Source: Lachnospiraceae bacterium (GTDB lineage: Bacteria; Bacillota; Clostridia; Lachnospirales; Lachnospiraceae). Taken from it: DNA of 64,000 nt. The stretch lies in NCBI GenBank assembly GCA_024698285.1, contig JAILRJ010000044.1:7134-71133 (forward strand), given 5' to 3'. The position numbers were made by a program, and so were the translations under genes. Below, one piece after another: positions 43,767 through 53,877 of this stretch (positions are counted from its first letter, which is position 1; every line of letters starts with the position of its first letter). The notes under the pieces were generated by a model. It did no database searches, was not told where the DNA came from, and worked only from the letters and a program-made list of their open reading frames with translations.

Positions 43767-44789
43767 TCAGAAATCCCCGAATCCCATCTCCCCGGCTTTC
43801 GCAACCCAGGTCGCCGCATCCGCATTTTCGACGTACAGATAATTACTGCCGTCCTCGGCATACGCATACACGACGCCGGCAAAGCCTTCAGGCTGCTCCT
43901 CTTTTGTCTTTCCGGCATCATCAAACTCACCGCTGTATGTCACTTCACCTACCGTAACATCCAGACGGTTTACATAATGCCCATCATTAATATAGCCGTT
44001 AACAACAATTATGTCAACCCCTTCGGGATCAAACTGCCTGTAACAATACTTCCCTTCTGACTTTTTGTCCGTAACTTCGACACTTCCTACACTCACTCCT
44101 CCGAAAGATATATCGCACAGATACCTGACATCCTGAGATGTTATAACCGCGCGCGTCGCAAGCTGATCCGAGGAAACCTCGGCAAAAAGCGCATCACCCG
44201 AATACTCCGTGTTCGACGTGAATGTTCCGTTATCAATATAGAAGCTCTTCTTCCAGTCATCCGATCCGATGATCTCTTTTGCCGCCTCCGGCGAAAAATC
44301 GCCCGATCCGCAATCCTTCAGCGCTTCTACAAGACTTGTCAAAAGTTCTCCCGCCTTGTCGTCATCGGCGTCGGTTATCCTAAGCGTCACGGAACTTAAC
44401 AGATTACCGTGCTCCTCGGTCGGGTCCGTTCTGTAAAGCATGAACAGGGCTTCCCTCTGCGATACGGTATCTCCGGCCTTCCCGCAAAGATCCGCGTAGT
44501 CTTTGTACTCGTCCTCGGTCATCTTATAGTTTCCGGCAAACTCTTTGTATATTGCGATCCTGCGATCGTCATCCGCCGATGCGAGCGCATTCCTGTAATC
44601 TTCTTCCGTGACAAGAACCGTCTCTTTTTCCCCGGACGAAGCGGCGCTTTCCTCGCCTGATGCTTCGGCAACACCAGACGCTTGTTCGGGCGCCTCTGCT
44701 TTGCCCGAACACGCCGACAGCATGACCGATACCGCGAACACTGCGGCGGCGATCCCTATTATATTTTTCTTTCGATTATCGATTCTCAT
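43767..44789 (-). CDS. Lipoprotein of unknown function
   Basis: I prefer ATG 44789: MRIDNRKKNIIGIAAAVFAVSVMLSAC with the lipobox LSAC. The mature part has no motif I recognise. Confidence 0.65.
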   Translation of the reverse strand: MRIDNRKKNIIGIAAAVFAVSVMLSACSGKAEAPEQASGVAEASGEESAASSGEKETVLVTEEDYRNALASADDDRRIAIYKEFAGNYKMTEDEYKDYADLCGKAGDTVSQREALFMLYRTDPTEEHGNLLSSVTLRITDADDDKAGELLTSLVEALKDCGSGDFSPEAAKEIIGSDDWKKSFYIDNGTFTSNTEYSGDALFAEVSSDQLATRAVITSQDVRYLCDISFGGVSVGSVEVTDKKSEGKYCYRQFDPEGVDIIVVNGYINDGHYVNRLDVTVGEVTYSGEFDDAGKTKEEQPEGFAGVVYAYAEDGSNYLYVENADAATWVAKAGEMGFGDF

Positions 44790-44790
44790 T

Positions 44791-45921
44791 TTACCCGAAT
44801 ATCGTGCGGTAGCCCGACTCTGCCACCGATCGTTCATTTACCGCGCTTATGTACTTTGTGCACTTTGCGCGTTTATCCGCCATCTGCTCTTCGCTCATAT
44901 GATACAGTTCGTCGATGGCCCTTGCAAATGCGGCCTTGTCTTTGAGAGGACATACATAACCGCATCCGTTCTCGTCAAGATCCATCCACGGTGTTGTATC
45001 GCTTATTACCGGAATGCATCCGGCGGACAGACTCTCGGCAACAACGTGCCCGTAGTTCTCTCCGAGCGTCGGAAACATAAATGCATCATAGTTTGCAAAT
45101 ATCTCCGGAACACTCTCGCTGTCGGCCTCTCCCTTGTATTCCCATTCAAAGCCCGGACGTATCTTCTTAAGCTCATCAAGTTTTTGCGAACATTCGCGAA
45201 GATAATCCGCATCCTCGCATGTACCGTATACATCAAGTCTTATCGCGTGATCATCATCGACTTTTCCGATCATGTCGGGAATGACTGTCAGATTTTTCTT
45301 GCGTGAGATTCGCGAGATAAAGCACATTTTCAGAAGGCCTTCCTCTTTGATGCGCTTATGCTCGGTAAGCCCCCGTCTCGGAAGATCCGTAGCGATAACG
45401 CATACACTGTCTTTCCCGATAACGTTCTTCAGTTCCTTCTCCTCCCTTTCGGACGAGACGGACCAGGTAACGTATTCAAACAGACCTGCCATCTTCATAT
45501 ATCGGATGAACAGGCGCTTCTTAAATCCTTTTATCTTAAACGCTTTGGGAGAAAAGGACCCCATGGACGCGACAAACAGCGGCGCCGTGATCTTCCCCAC
45601 CTTCTTAAGTTTCATCGCGATACGGGCATAATCTCCGTACGGGCCGCACACATACACGACATCCGCATCCGCTGCCAATCTTTCGATATCTTCGGCGGTA
45701 AACGCTTTCGTGTACCAGACCTTTGCGGATCCGACCGTATTATATTCGCCCGCCGTGATGTCGGGGTACGGTCTGTCATCTCCGTGATCGCGGTCAAGGC
45801 ACATGATCCGGAGATCGTATTCGCCGCCCATCCACTGCGTGAGGTTGACGATCGACCTTACCGGCCCGCCGTCACGGTATCCGGGCAGATATCTTCCCGT
45901 TATGATCAAAATCTTACGCAT
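44791..45921 (-). CDS. Glycosyltransferase family 4
   Basis: MRKILIITGRYLPGYRDGGPVRS..., and C-terminal FMFPTLGENYGHVVAESLSAGCIPVIS (E-x7-E region). Confidence 0.75.
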   Translation of the reverse strand: MRKILIITGRYLPGYRDGGPVRSIVNLTQWMGGEYDLRIMCLDRDHGDDRPYPDITAGEYNTVGSAKVWYTKAFTAEDIERLAADADVVYVCGPYGDYARIAMKLKKVGKITAPLFVASMGSFSPKAFKIKGFKKRLFIRYMKMAGLFEYVTWSVSSEREEKELKNVIGKDSVCVIATDLPRRGLTEHKRIKEEGLLKMCFISRISRKKNLTVIPDMIGKVDDDHAIRLDVYGTCEDADYLRECSQKLDELKKIRPGFEWEYKGEADSESVPEIFANYDAFMFPTLGENYGHVVAESLSAGCIPVISDTTPWMDLDENGCGYVCPLKDKAAFARAIDELYHMSEEQMADKRAKCTKYISAVNERSVAESGYRTIFG

Positions 45922-45923
45922 AA

Positions 45924-46784
45924 TCAGAGTCGTCCCTGTTTCTCATTCTCGTATATCTTCGCGTCAACAAGAAATCGGTACCAGTATGCCTGCATGAAGC
46001 AGAATATCTTTCCCTCCCTGCCGTCAAGAAATCCGAGACGGATGTAGTATCTGTAGAAATAATACGCATACGCCCTGAATCCGGCGGGTAGTCTGTAATA
46101 TATCTTCCAGCGCAGGAACCTCTTGAACTTCGCCTTCGCGTCAAGAGCATGTTCGCCGCCGAGTCCGGTTGAACCCGAAAAAGCGAGGCTGTTGAAATAG
46201 TCCTGCATCTCTCTCGTGGAGTAATTGTTGTGCTTGTCTATCCATGCGGACAGCCCTTTGTCGTCATGATGCAGGCTGTCATGCCGTACTTCGACGCTTC
46301 GGCCCTCATAGAGTACGCAGTGCTCGTCCATGCAGCGATCCTCGATGTTTCCTTTGCCGTATTTGAAGAGAAGGAGCTTTCGAAGCGGATACACTCCGCC
46401 GTGACGGATCGCGCGCCCCATAAAGTTTACCTCGAATCTGACCACGATGCCGTTAACATCGGTGTCCTCGTTCTCGTTGCAGAGCTTGTCTATCTCCGCC
46501 GCCGACTCTTTCGTCAGCTCCTCATCGGCGTCGATACGAAATACCCACTTTGTCGTGATATTCCCGTGCTCCATCCCGTAGAGAAACTGCTTCGCATAAA
46601 GGAACGGTTTGAGTTCGTTGACAAGAACATCTGCACCAAGATCCTTTGCGATCGATACCGTATCATCGGAGCTTCCCGAATCAACGACTATGATCCTTCT
46701 GACTATCGGCTTTATCGACTCTATGCACTTTTGGATGTTTACTTCCTCATTCTTCGTCAGAATGATCGCAGTGATATCAGCCAT
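45924..46784 (-). CDS. Glycosyltransferase family 2
   Basis: ITAIILTKNEEVNIQKCIESIKPIVRRIIVVDSGSSDDTVSIAKDLGADV...RIDADE. Confidence 0.8.
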   Translation of the reverse strand: MADITAIILTKNEEVNIQKCIESIKPIVRRIIVVDSGSSDDTVSIAKDLGADVLVNELKPFLYAKQFLYGMEHGNITTKWVFRIDADEELTKESAAEIDKLCNENEDTDVNGIVVRFEVNFMGRAIRHGGVYPLRKLLLFKYGKGNIEDRCMDEHCVLYEGRSVEVRHDSLHHDDKGLSAWIDKHNNYSTREMQDYFNSLAFSGSTGLGGEHALDAKAKFKRFLRWKIYYRLPAGFRAYAYYFYRYYIRLGFLDGREGKIFCFMQAYWYRFLVDAKIYENEKQGRL

Positions 46785-46785
46785 T

Positions 46786-47976
46786 TTATCCTACGCACTC
46801 CTTCAGCATCTTCTCTATCAGATCGATATGACGCGTCTTCGTGAAATGTTCATCGTAATAGCTTCGTGAAGCCTCGCCCATACGGCGAAAATCACCCGAC
46901 TTGGCCATTTTGTCCGCGATATCGGCAAGCGCCTTCTCATCCTCTGCCGGCGCACACATGCCGCATCTGCTCTCGTCAACGACCGCTTTTGTCTCTCCGT
47001 TTGCCGCCGCTATGACCGCCCTGCCCGCTGCCATATAAGACTGGATCTTCCCCGGAAGCGTATAGCTTATAAGGTCGTTATCGGCAAGCGTTACTATCAT
47101 CGCATCAGCCATCGCATAAAACTTCGGCATACTCTCAACCGGAAGCCTGCCATAGAACGTAACCTTATCATTAAGATTCATATCGTCACACAGTTTCTTG
47201 CATTCATCGAGTGCAAAACCGTCTCCGACGATATGCCATCTGATCCTTTCGTCGCGTACGAGCGCAGCCGCTTTTATGATCGTATCCACGCTCTGCATGT
47301 TTCCGACATTTCCGGCAAATACATAATCGATGTTATCCGTCTCTTCCTTTGCGGCAACATCGGAAAACAACTCATCCGCAAACTGCGGTATATGGACATA
47401 CTTGCCCGAACCGATCCCGAGTTCTTCCCTGAAGTACGTCTCAAACATTCGGGATGTATAACCCGTCACATTCGCTCCCTTATAGATGCGTATGCTTACG
47501 GATCTCATGAATCTGTAGAACATGCCGTTCTTATCGATCCCGAGACTCGCCAGACTTGCCGGCCAAAGATCGAGGCAGTAAAGAGCGAGGTTCTTCGTTC
47601 TTCCGAACCACTTTGCCACATACGCTGGTATGGCCATCAGGACCGGAGATAACTGATAGACGAATATCACATCAAAGTCCTTCTTCATGAATAGGGCCTT
47701 AATGCATCCGTGCCACACGAAGGACACATAGTTGCGTGCAAGTCCGACTTTGCCGGGGGTCCTCGGACGCTCCTTGACGCGTATTATATGCACACCGTTT
47801 ACCGTCTCGTCTCTGTGCTCTTTGCCCTTGTATTCCTCCGGGATAACACCCATCGGGTAATTGGGAAGTCCCGTAAGAACGGTTACATCGTGTCCGCGCC
47901 TTACAAGTTCTTCACAGACCTCATGTATCCTGAACGGTTCCGGATGATAATACTGACATACTACCAATATCTTCAT
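46786..47976 (-). CDS. WbuB/CapL-like GT4 glycosyltransferase (family that includes L-FucNAc transferases)
   Basis: MKILVVCQYYHPEPFRIHEVCEELVRRGHDVTVLTGLPNYPMG is the characteristic WbuB/WcaI-type N-terminus. Confidence 0.7.
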   Translation of the reverse strand: MKILVVCQYYHPEPFRIHEVCEELVRRGHDVTVLTGLPNYPMGVIPEEYKGKEHRDETVNGVHIIRVKERPRTPGKVGLARNYVSFVWHGCIKALFMKKDFDVIFVYQLSPVLMAIPAYVAKWFGRTKNLALYCLDLWPASLASLGIDKNGMFYRFMRSVSIRIYKGANVTGYTSRMFETYFREELGIGSGKYVHIPQFADELFSDVAAKEETDNIDYVFAGNVGNMQSVDTIIKAAALVRDERIRWHIVGDGFALDECKKLCDDMNLNDKVTFYGRLPVESMPKFYAMADAMIVTLADNDLISYTLPGKIQSYMAAGRAVIAAANGETKAVVDESRCGMCAPAEDEKALADIADKMAKSGDFRRMGEASRSYYDEHFTKTRHIDLIEKMLKECVG

Positions 47977-48917
47977 TGTCTGTCGTCACGCTTTTCTTTC
48001 TTGCCCTTCGCTTCCAGGTACTCTCTTACCTCATCGCCTATGGCACTTCGAAACGTCCTCGGGTCGTATCCGAAATCACGCGAAGCCTCCTCGTGAGGAT
48101 ACACTCTCGGCTCGCACAGCCTCTGGACTTTTTCGCGAAGGTCTATCTTTCCTATCGATACGAGATAGAAAAACCATGCACCCGCATAGGCAATCGGGAA
48201 CGGGACACTTACAAACCTCATTCTCTTCGACAGATATGCACCCATTTCGATCAGCATATCCCGAAGCGTTATCTCCTCTCCGCCCGAGAGAATATAATCG
48301 TGTCCGCCCGTTATCTTCTCGCTCACAAGAACATCGTAATAAGCCTTTCCGAGATCGGCGAAATGAACCGGCTGAAGTTCGTACTCGGCATTGTTGACAA
48401 CCGGCATGAACGGGAGCTTATCAACCATCCTTATAAACGATGCCACGTTATGATCGTTTATCGTTCCGTATATCATCGTCGGACGAAGTATCGTCAGAAT
48501 TATATTTTTGCTCTTCGACATCATGTATACGAAATCGTCTATGTTCCTGTATTCCTCACCGGCCTCTTTGTACTTGGAATAGATGCCTGTGGTGTGAACG
48601 CATATCATCCTTCTGACAAAGTTGTTTGCCGCCGCATGTACTATCTGTCTCGACCAGTGGATCCCGGCTATATGAACGATCGTATCGACACCGAGGAATG
48701 CCTCTCCGAGAAACAGTTCATCCTCCAGATCGCCGTACATACACTGGACATCAAAAGAGGGAAGGATATCTTTATCCCTCTCCCGCTCTTTGTGAAGAAG
48801 AAGCCGTATCCCTCCGGGAAACATCTTCCTGATCTTCTCCTGATTCTGTTCCAGGCGGTAGGCAAATGCCTGTCCCGATTTGCCGGTTATCCCGGTTATG
48901 GCCAGTATCTCATCCAT
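47973..48917 (-). CDS. NAD-dependent epimerase/dehydratase family SDR (CapN-like position)
   Basis: ILAITGITGKSGQAF glycine-rich start and a YSKYK catalytic motif region. ATGA overlap with the downstream GT and an 8-nt overlap with the upstream sugar transferase. Confidence 0.7.
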   Translation of the reverse strand: MDEILAITGITGKSGQAFAYRLEQNQEKIRKMFPGGIRLLLHKERERDKDILPSFDVQCMYGDLEDELFLGEAFLGVDTIVHIAGIHWSRQIVHAAANNFVRRMICVHTTGIYSKYKEAGEEYRNIDDFVYMMSKSKNIILTILRPTMIYGTINDHNVASFIRMVDKLPFMPVVNNAEYELQPVHFADLGKAYYDVLVSEKITGGHDYILSGGEEITLRDMLIEMGAYLSKRMRFVSVPFPIAYAGAWFFYLVSIGKIDLREKVQRLCEPRVYPHEEASRDFGYDPRTFRSAIGDEVREYLEAKGKKEKRDDRQ

Positions 48918-49512
48918 TCTTCGGTCCCCCTTCGCTCACGCCCTCTGCCTTTGCCACCGCAAAGAACGTTCCGAAAAAGCACTTTAAATCGAACGCAAAA
49001 CTTAATTTTTTGACATACTCGCCGTCATATGCCGCCTTGACGTCGATCGGAAGTTCATCTCTTCCGTTTATCTGAGCCCATCCGGTAAGTCCCGGCTTCA
49101 CGTCGTTCGCTCCGTACTTGTCCCGCTCATCGAGAAGATCATACTGATTCCACAGAGCGGGGCGCGGTCCGACAAAACTCATCTGTCCGGCAAATATGTT
49201 GAAAAGCTGGGGTATCTCATCGATAGAATATTTCCTGATCGCCTCCTGAAAAGGTGACAGGAGCGATGCGGCGTTCTTGAGTTCATGCGTCGGTGTATCC
49301 TTCGGCGCGCTCACCGGCATCGAACGGAACTTTATTATCATGAAATGGGATCTGTGTATCCCGACACGTTTCTGTTTGAAGAACACCGGTCCCGGTGAGT
49401 CGATCTTGATCATCACGGCGACAACGAGCATCGGTATCGCGGCAACTATGATACCTATCCCCGACAGTACGATATCGATGATCCTCTTAATGACGTTTTT
49501 GTAAATGCTCAT
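48910..49512 (-). CDS. Small monotopic phosphoglycosyl transferase (PglC/CapM/WbaP-C-terminal type)
   Basis: 200 aa: [44 protein letters not shown]...FMIIKFRSM...[21 protein letters not shown]...[14 protein letters not shown] overlap with the uvrA stop. Confidence 0.9.
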   Translation of the reverse strand: MSIYKNVIKRIIDIVLSGIGIIVAAIPMLVVAVMIKIDSPGPVFFKQKRVGIHRSHFMIIKFRSMPVSAPKDTPTHELKNAASLLSPFQEAIRKYSIDEIPQLFNIFAGQMSFVGPRPALWNQYDLLDERDKYGANDVKPGLTGWAQINGRDELPIDVKAAYDGEYVKKLSFAFDLKCFFGTFFAVAKAEGVSEGGPKNG

Positions 49513-52358
49513 TTTGATTTATCCCGTTTTAAGAGCGGAGCCACATATGCTCCGGTATATGATCTCTTGTCCTTGGCAACTTCCTCGGGCGTGCCTTTCG
49601 CTATGACCTGTCCGCCTCCGTCTCCGCCTTCGGGTCCGAGATCGATGATGTAGTCCGCGGTCTTGATCACGTCGAGATTATGCTCGATAACAACGACGGT
49701 GTTACCGCCTTCCGTAAGTCTCTGGAGTATCTCGACAAGCTTGTGTACATCCGCGAAATGAAGTCCGGTCGTCGGTTCGTCAAGGATATATATGGTCCTG
49801 CCCGTACTTCTTCTCGACAGTTCCGTCGCAAGTTTGATACGCTGCGCCTCTCCTCCCGACAGTGTCGTTGAAGGCTGTCCGAGCTTGATGTATCCGAGTC
49901 CGACCTCGTTAAGTGTTTCTATCTTTCTTCTTATTGCCGGAATGTTCTCGAAGAACGGCAATGCCTCTTCCACGGTCATGTCGAGAACATCGTAAATGTT
50001 CTTTCCCTTGTACCTGACCTCGAGAGTTTCCCTGTTGTATCTCTTTCCCTTGCAGACCTCACACGGCACATACACATCGGGAAGGAAATGCATCTCGATC
50101 TTTATTATACCATCTCCGCTGCAGGCTTCGCATCTTCCGCCTTTTACGTTGAACGAAAATCGTCCCTTCGCGTATCCTCTTTCCTTCGCATCTCTTGTCG
50201 TTGCGAACAGATCCCTTATAAGGTCGAACGCTCCGGTATACGTTGCGGGATTGGATCTGGGTGTTCTTCCTATCGGAGACTGGTCTATCGCAATTATCTT
50301 GTCCAGTTCCTTAATCCCGTCGATCCCGTCATGCTTTCCGGGTATTGTCCTTGCCCTGTTAAGATCACGGGCGAGGCGTTTATACAGTATCTCGTTTATG
50401 AGCGAGCTCTTTCCGGATCCCGATACTCCCGTGACGCATGTAAATACTCCGAGGGGTATATCCACGTTTATGCCCTTGAGGTTATTCTCGCATGCTCCTT
50501 TTATCTTCAGGAACTTCTTGGGCTTACGGCGCTTGGCCGGAACGGGTATGAACAGTTCGTGACTGAGGTATCTTCCGGTCACGGAATCTTTGCACTTCAT
50601 GATGTCGGAAACGCTGCCGCAGGCAACGACCTTGCCGCCCTCGCTTCCCGCTCCCGGTCCAATATCCACTATATGATCCGCCGCCATCATGGTCTCTTCG
50701 TCATGTTCGACCACGATAAGGCTGTTCCCGAGATCTCTGAGATTGGCAAGAGCACCGAGCAGTTTTCCGTTATCCCTCTGGTGCAGTCCGATGCTCGGCT
50801 CGTCAAGTATATACGCTACGCCTACAAGACCCGAACCTATCTGTGTCGCAAGTCTTATTCTCTGGGCTTCTCCGCCCGAGAGCGATCCCGTTGCTCTTGC
50901 AAGCGTCAGGTAGTCAAGTCCGACCTCAACGAGGAACCCGAGTCTGGCCTTTATCTCTTTCAGAATTCTGGCTCCGATGAGTTCCTGCTGTTTCGTAAGT
51001 TTCAGACCGTCAACAAAATCCTTAAGCTTTACTATCGACATATTCGTCATCTCGTGGATGTTGAGTCCTCCGACGGTCACAGCCAGCGCACCGGGCTTGA
51101 GCCTCATGCCGTGGCAGGCATCACACGGTGTGAATCTCATGAACGTTTCGTATTCGGCTTTGGAACTTTCTGAAGCGGTCTCTCTGTATCTTCTCTCGAC
51201 ATTTTTGATGATACCCTCAAAGGGAACATCATAAACGCCCTCTCCGCGCATACCCTTATAGGATACTTTCAGGACTTCTCCGCCCGTTCCGTCGATGATA
51301 AGATCGTGTATCTTTTTCGGGTATTTTTCAAACGGTGTATCAAGACTGAACTTGTATTTTTTCCGCATGGCATCGAGTGTCGCATACGTGAAACTGCTCT
51401 TGTCGTTACATGACTGCCATCCCGGAACGGCTATCGCTCCTTCCATGATCGAAAGCGACTTATCGGGAATGATCAGGTCCTCATCGAATCTCATCTTGTA
51501 TCCGAGTCCCGCACACTCCGGGCATGCACCGAACGGATTGTTGAACGAGAAACTTCTCGGTTCAATCTCGTCAATGCTTATATTACAGTCCGGACATGAA
51601 AAGCTCTGGGAGAAAGTCAGCATCTTGCCGTCAATCACGTCAACATATACGAGTCCGTCCGACAGTTGCATGACGGTCTCTATCGAGTCCGTCAGTCTTT
51701 TGTTGATGCCTTCTTTGACCACAAGTCTGTCGACGATTATCTCGATATTGTGCTTAATATTCTTGTCGAGCTTTATATCCTCGGAAAGCTCATACATATT
51801 GCCGTCAACACGTACTCTTACATAACCGCTCTTTGCGGCGCGCTCGAACACTTTTGAATGCTCACCTTTACGGCCCCTGACTACAGGAGCAAGAAGCTGG
51901 ATCTTCGTTCCTTCCGGAAGACTCATGACAAAATCCGTCATCTGGTCAACGCTTTGGCGCTTTATCTCCTTGCCGCAGTTCGGACAATGCGGCGTACCTA
52001 TCCTTGCATACAAAAGACGGAAATAATCATATATTTCCGTTACGGTCCCCACGGTAGATCTGGGGTTCTTGTTCGTTGATTTCTGATCTATCGATATAGC
52101 GGGAGGAAGTCCCTCTATCGAATCAACTTCGGGCTTTTCCATCTGGCCCAGAAACTGCCTTGCATAGGACGACAGCGATTCCATGTATCGTCTCTGTCCT
52201 TCCGCATAGATGGTGTCAAACGCCAGTGATGATTTTCCGGACCCGGAAAGTCCAGTCAGTACGACCAGTTCATTTCTGGGGATGTCTATATCGATATCTT
52301 TGAGATTATGCTCTTTTGCGCCCCTGATGCGTATCATGGGGATCTTTTTTTCAGCCAT
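49509..52358 (-). CDS. uvrA: Excinuclease ABC subunit A
   Basis: 949 aa. [50 protein letters not shown], zinc-finger Cys pairs and a second Walker [11 protein letters not shown]. Confidence 0.98.
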   Translation of the reverse strand: MAEKKIPMIRIRGAKEHNLKDIDIDIPRNELVVLTGLSGSGKSSLAFDTIYAEGQRRYMESLSSYARQFLGQMEKPEVDSIEGLPPAISIDQKSTNKNPRSTVGTVTEIYDYFRLLYARIGTPHCPNCGKEIKRQSVDQMTDFVMSLPEGTKIQLLAPVVRGRKGEHSKVFERAAKSGYVRVRVDGNMYELSEDIKLDKNIKHNIEIIVDRLVVKEGINKRLTDSIETVMQLSDGLVYVDVIDGKMLTFSQSFSCPDCNISIDEIEPRSFSFNNPFGACPECAGLGYKMRFDEDLIIPDKSLSIMEGAIAVPGWQSCNDKSSFTYATLDAMRKKYKFSLDTPFEKYPKKIHDLIIDGTGGEVLKVSYKGMRGEGVYDVPFEGIIKNVERRYRETASESSKAEYETFMRFTPCDACHGMRLKPGALAVTVGGLNIHEMTNMSIVKLKDFVDGLKLTKQQELIGARILKEIKARLGFLVEVGLDYLTLARATGSLSGGEAQRIRLATQIGSGLVGVAYILDEPSIGLHQRDNGKLLGALANLRDLGNSLIVVEHDEETMMAADHIVDIGPGAGSEGGKVVACGSVSDIMKCKDSVTGRYLSHELFIPVPAKRRKPKKFLKIKGACENNLKGINVDIPLGVFTCVTGVSGSGKSSLINEILYKRLARDLNRARTIPGKHDGIDGIKELDKIIAIDQSPIGRTPRSNPATYTGAFDLIRDLFATTRDAKERGYAKGRFSFNVKGGRCEACSGDGIIKIEMHFLPDVYVPCEVCKGKRYNRETLEVRYKGKNIYDVLDMTVEEALPFFENIPAIRRKIETLNEVGLGYIKLGQPSTTLSGGEAQRIKLATELSRRSTGRTIYILDEPTTGLHFADVHKLVEILQRLTEGGNTVVVIEHNLDVIKTADYIIDLGPEGGDGGGQVIAKGTPEEVAKDKRSYTGAYVAPLLKRDKSK

Positions 52359-53874
52359 CGTATGTTACCTCAAACGTTTCAAGAAGATACGTCTTACCGT
52401 CGGTCTCACTGTATGCGAACAGATCGATCTGCGACTGTACCATGAACCTTCTCTGAATGCTCAGCGAGAATCTGTTCACTCCCTCTTCCTCAGACTGCCT
52501 GTGAAGCAGACAGTAATCCGTTTCGATGCATTCGTCATCCGTCTTGGCATATACATCGATCTTACCGAGATCCTCCGGAGCGTTAACCACTCCTTCGATC
52601 TTGAATATCGAAGTCATGTCGTTTGGATCGAGCACGATCTTCGATCCTTCAACTCTTCCGCCCGAAACGGAAGTGACATCGTATGTAACACCCGGATTGT
52701 CGCTGTATACTCCGTCGCCTTTATAGGGAGGTTCGTAATAGTACCCGGAAAAATCACTCGTTATCGGCATCTCGCTCGATATAGAACGTTCCGCCGTCTC
52801 GAAGACGACCATATCGGGAAACGTCAGATTCACGAAATACTGAACGTAATCGCTGTTCTGTCTGTGAACAAAATATACCTCCTTAAAACGGTTATCGTAA
52901 AACTTCTGGTACGACTGGAAATAACTGTCGGTAAAGACAAGAAGTCTTCTGTTGTTCGGTGCGCTCTCGTTAATATGATGCGTGTAGAACGTGTCGGTAC
53001 TGCAGTCCATTGAAGGCTTCAAAAGTTCCGTGTAATCCGCGGTAAGATCGTCCCTGAGCGAGTAGAGCGGCACATCCTCGTCTATGGAAAACTTCGCATT
53101 ATCAAGTGTGTCAACATGGACGGTGTTAAGATCGAAGTTGTCCCTGCAAAGCGGCGGAACGTCATCAAACCATTCCCTGATCTTTTCGTCGATCAGTTCG
53201 TGACCTATGAACGCGCCCCTGTCGTTCCAGTGTGTAACGTCATAGAGTTTGTTGTACAAAAGATCGTCACCTTTGGCCGCCTCAAGTTCGTCTCTCGGAT
53301 CGATATAGCATACTCCCGACGATGCCATCTTCGAATCGAGATACGAAAGCACCGATTCGTTTTCGTTATTGACGTGAACCGTTTTCGGGAAATATTCGGG
53401 ATATATCGTCTTCTTGTCGGGGCAAACGAAATACAGGAACTTTATATCCTTGGACTGTAAATAGTCATTCGTCTTCTCCAGAAACTCCACCATTGAATCA
53501 ATGTATTCCTTATCGGTGTTGAGTCTCTGATATGCCGCGATATAATCCTTGTCCTTGTAATATATATGGCCATCCTCGCCCCACATGAACAGCGGGTTGA
53601 CCATTGCGCCGAACAGGGCGTTGTTAGCTTCGGTATAAACAGCGATTGCTCCCTCTCTGAAACCGATCCTGTCGTTTACATAGTCGTATACCGATTTCAT
53701 ATAATCTTCCGAGAACTCGAACTCGGGCCACTCCTCGAGCATCTTGTTCTCATACTCGCTCGTCTGGTTCTTCTTAAGGTTCATGAAGAACACCGGCAAC
53801 ACAAGGAGCAGGCAGAACAGGGTGATAAATACCACTGACGGTATGCTGTTTTTGTCGATCTTAAGCTTACCCAT
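52351..53874 (-). CDS. AlgJ/AlgX/DHHW-like extracytoplasmic O-acyltransferase partner of MBOAT, with an extra C-terminal domain
   Basis: 507 aa with an N-terminal signal anchor ([19 protein letters not shown]). [19 protein letters not shown] resembles the D-x-x-H-W catalytic block of AlgJ/AlgX-type SGNH-like proteins. It lies directly downstream of an MBOAT gene. The ~130-aa C-terminal part is unassigned. Confidence 0.55.
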   Translation of the reverse strand: MGKLKIDKNSIPSVVFITLFCLLLVLPVFFMNLKKNQTSEYENKMLEEWPEFEFSEDYMKSVYDYVNDRIGFREGAIAVYTEANNALFGAMVNPLFMWGEDGHIYYKDKDYIAAYQRLNTDKEYIDSMVEFLEKTNDYLQSKDIKFLYFVCPDKKTIYPEYFPKTVHVNNENESVLSYLDSKMASSGVCYIDPRDELEAAKGDDLLYNKLYDVTHWNDRGAFIGHELIDEKIREWFDDVPPLCRDNFDLNTVHVDTLDNAKFSIDEDVPLYSLRDDLTADYTELLKPSMDCSTDTFYTHHINESAPNNRRLLVFTDSYFQSYQKFYDNRFKEVYFVHRQNSDYVQYFVNLTFPDMVVFETAERSISSEMPITSDFSGYYYEPPYKGDGVYSDNPGVTYDVTSVSGGRVEGSKIVLDPNDMTSIFKIEGVVNAPEDLGKIDVYAKTDDECIETDYCLLHRQSEEEGVNRFSLSIQRRFMVQSQIDLFAYSETDGKTYLLETFEVTYDG

Positions 53875-53877
53875 AGA

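Noticed and set aside
47976-51173. 345-aa (47976-49013) and 361-aa (50088-51173) plus-strand ORFs
   Set aside because: They are antisense to the SDR/sugar-transferase genes and to uvrA respectively. The same reasoning applies to 1490-2200, 7338-8207, 9319-10029, 18446-19321, 27996-28718, 35590-36700, 44608-45306, 45358-46047, 46230-46844 and 52210-53013.
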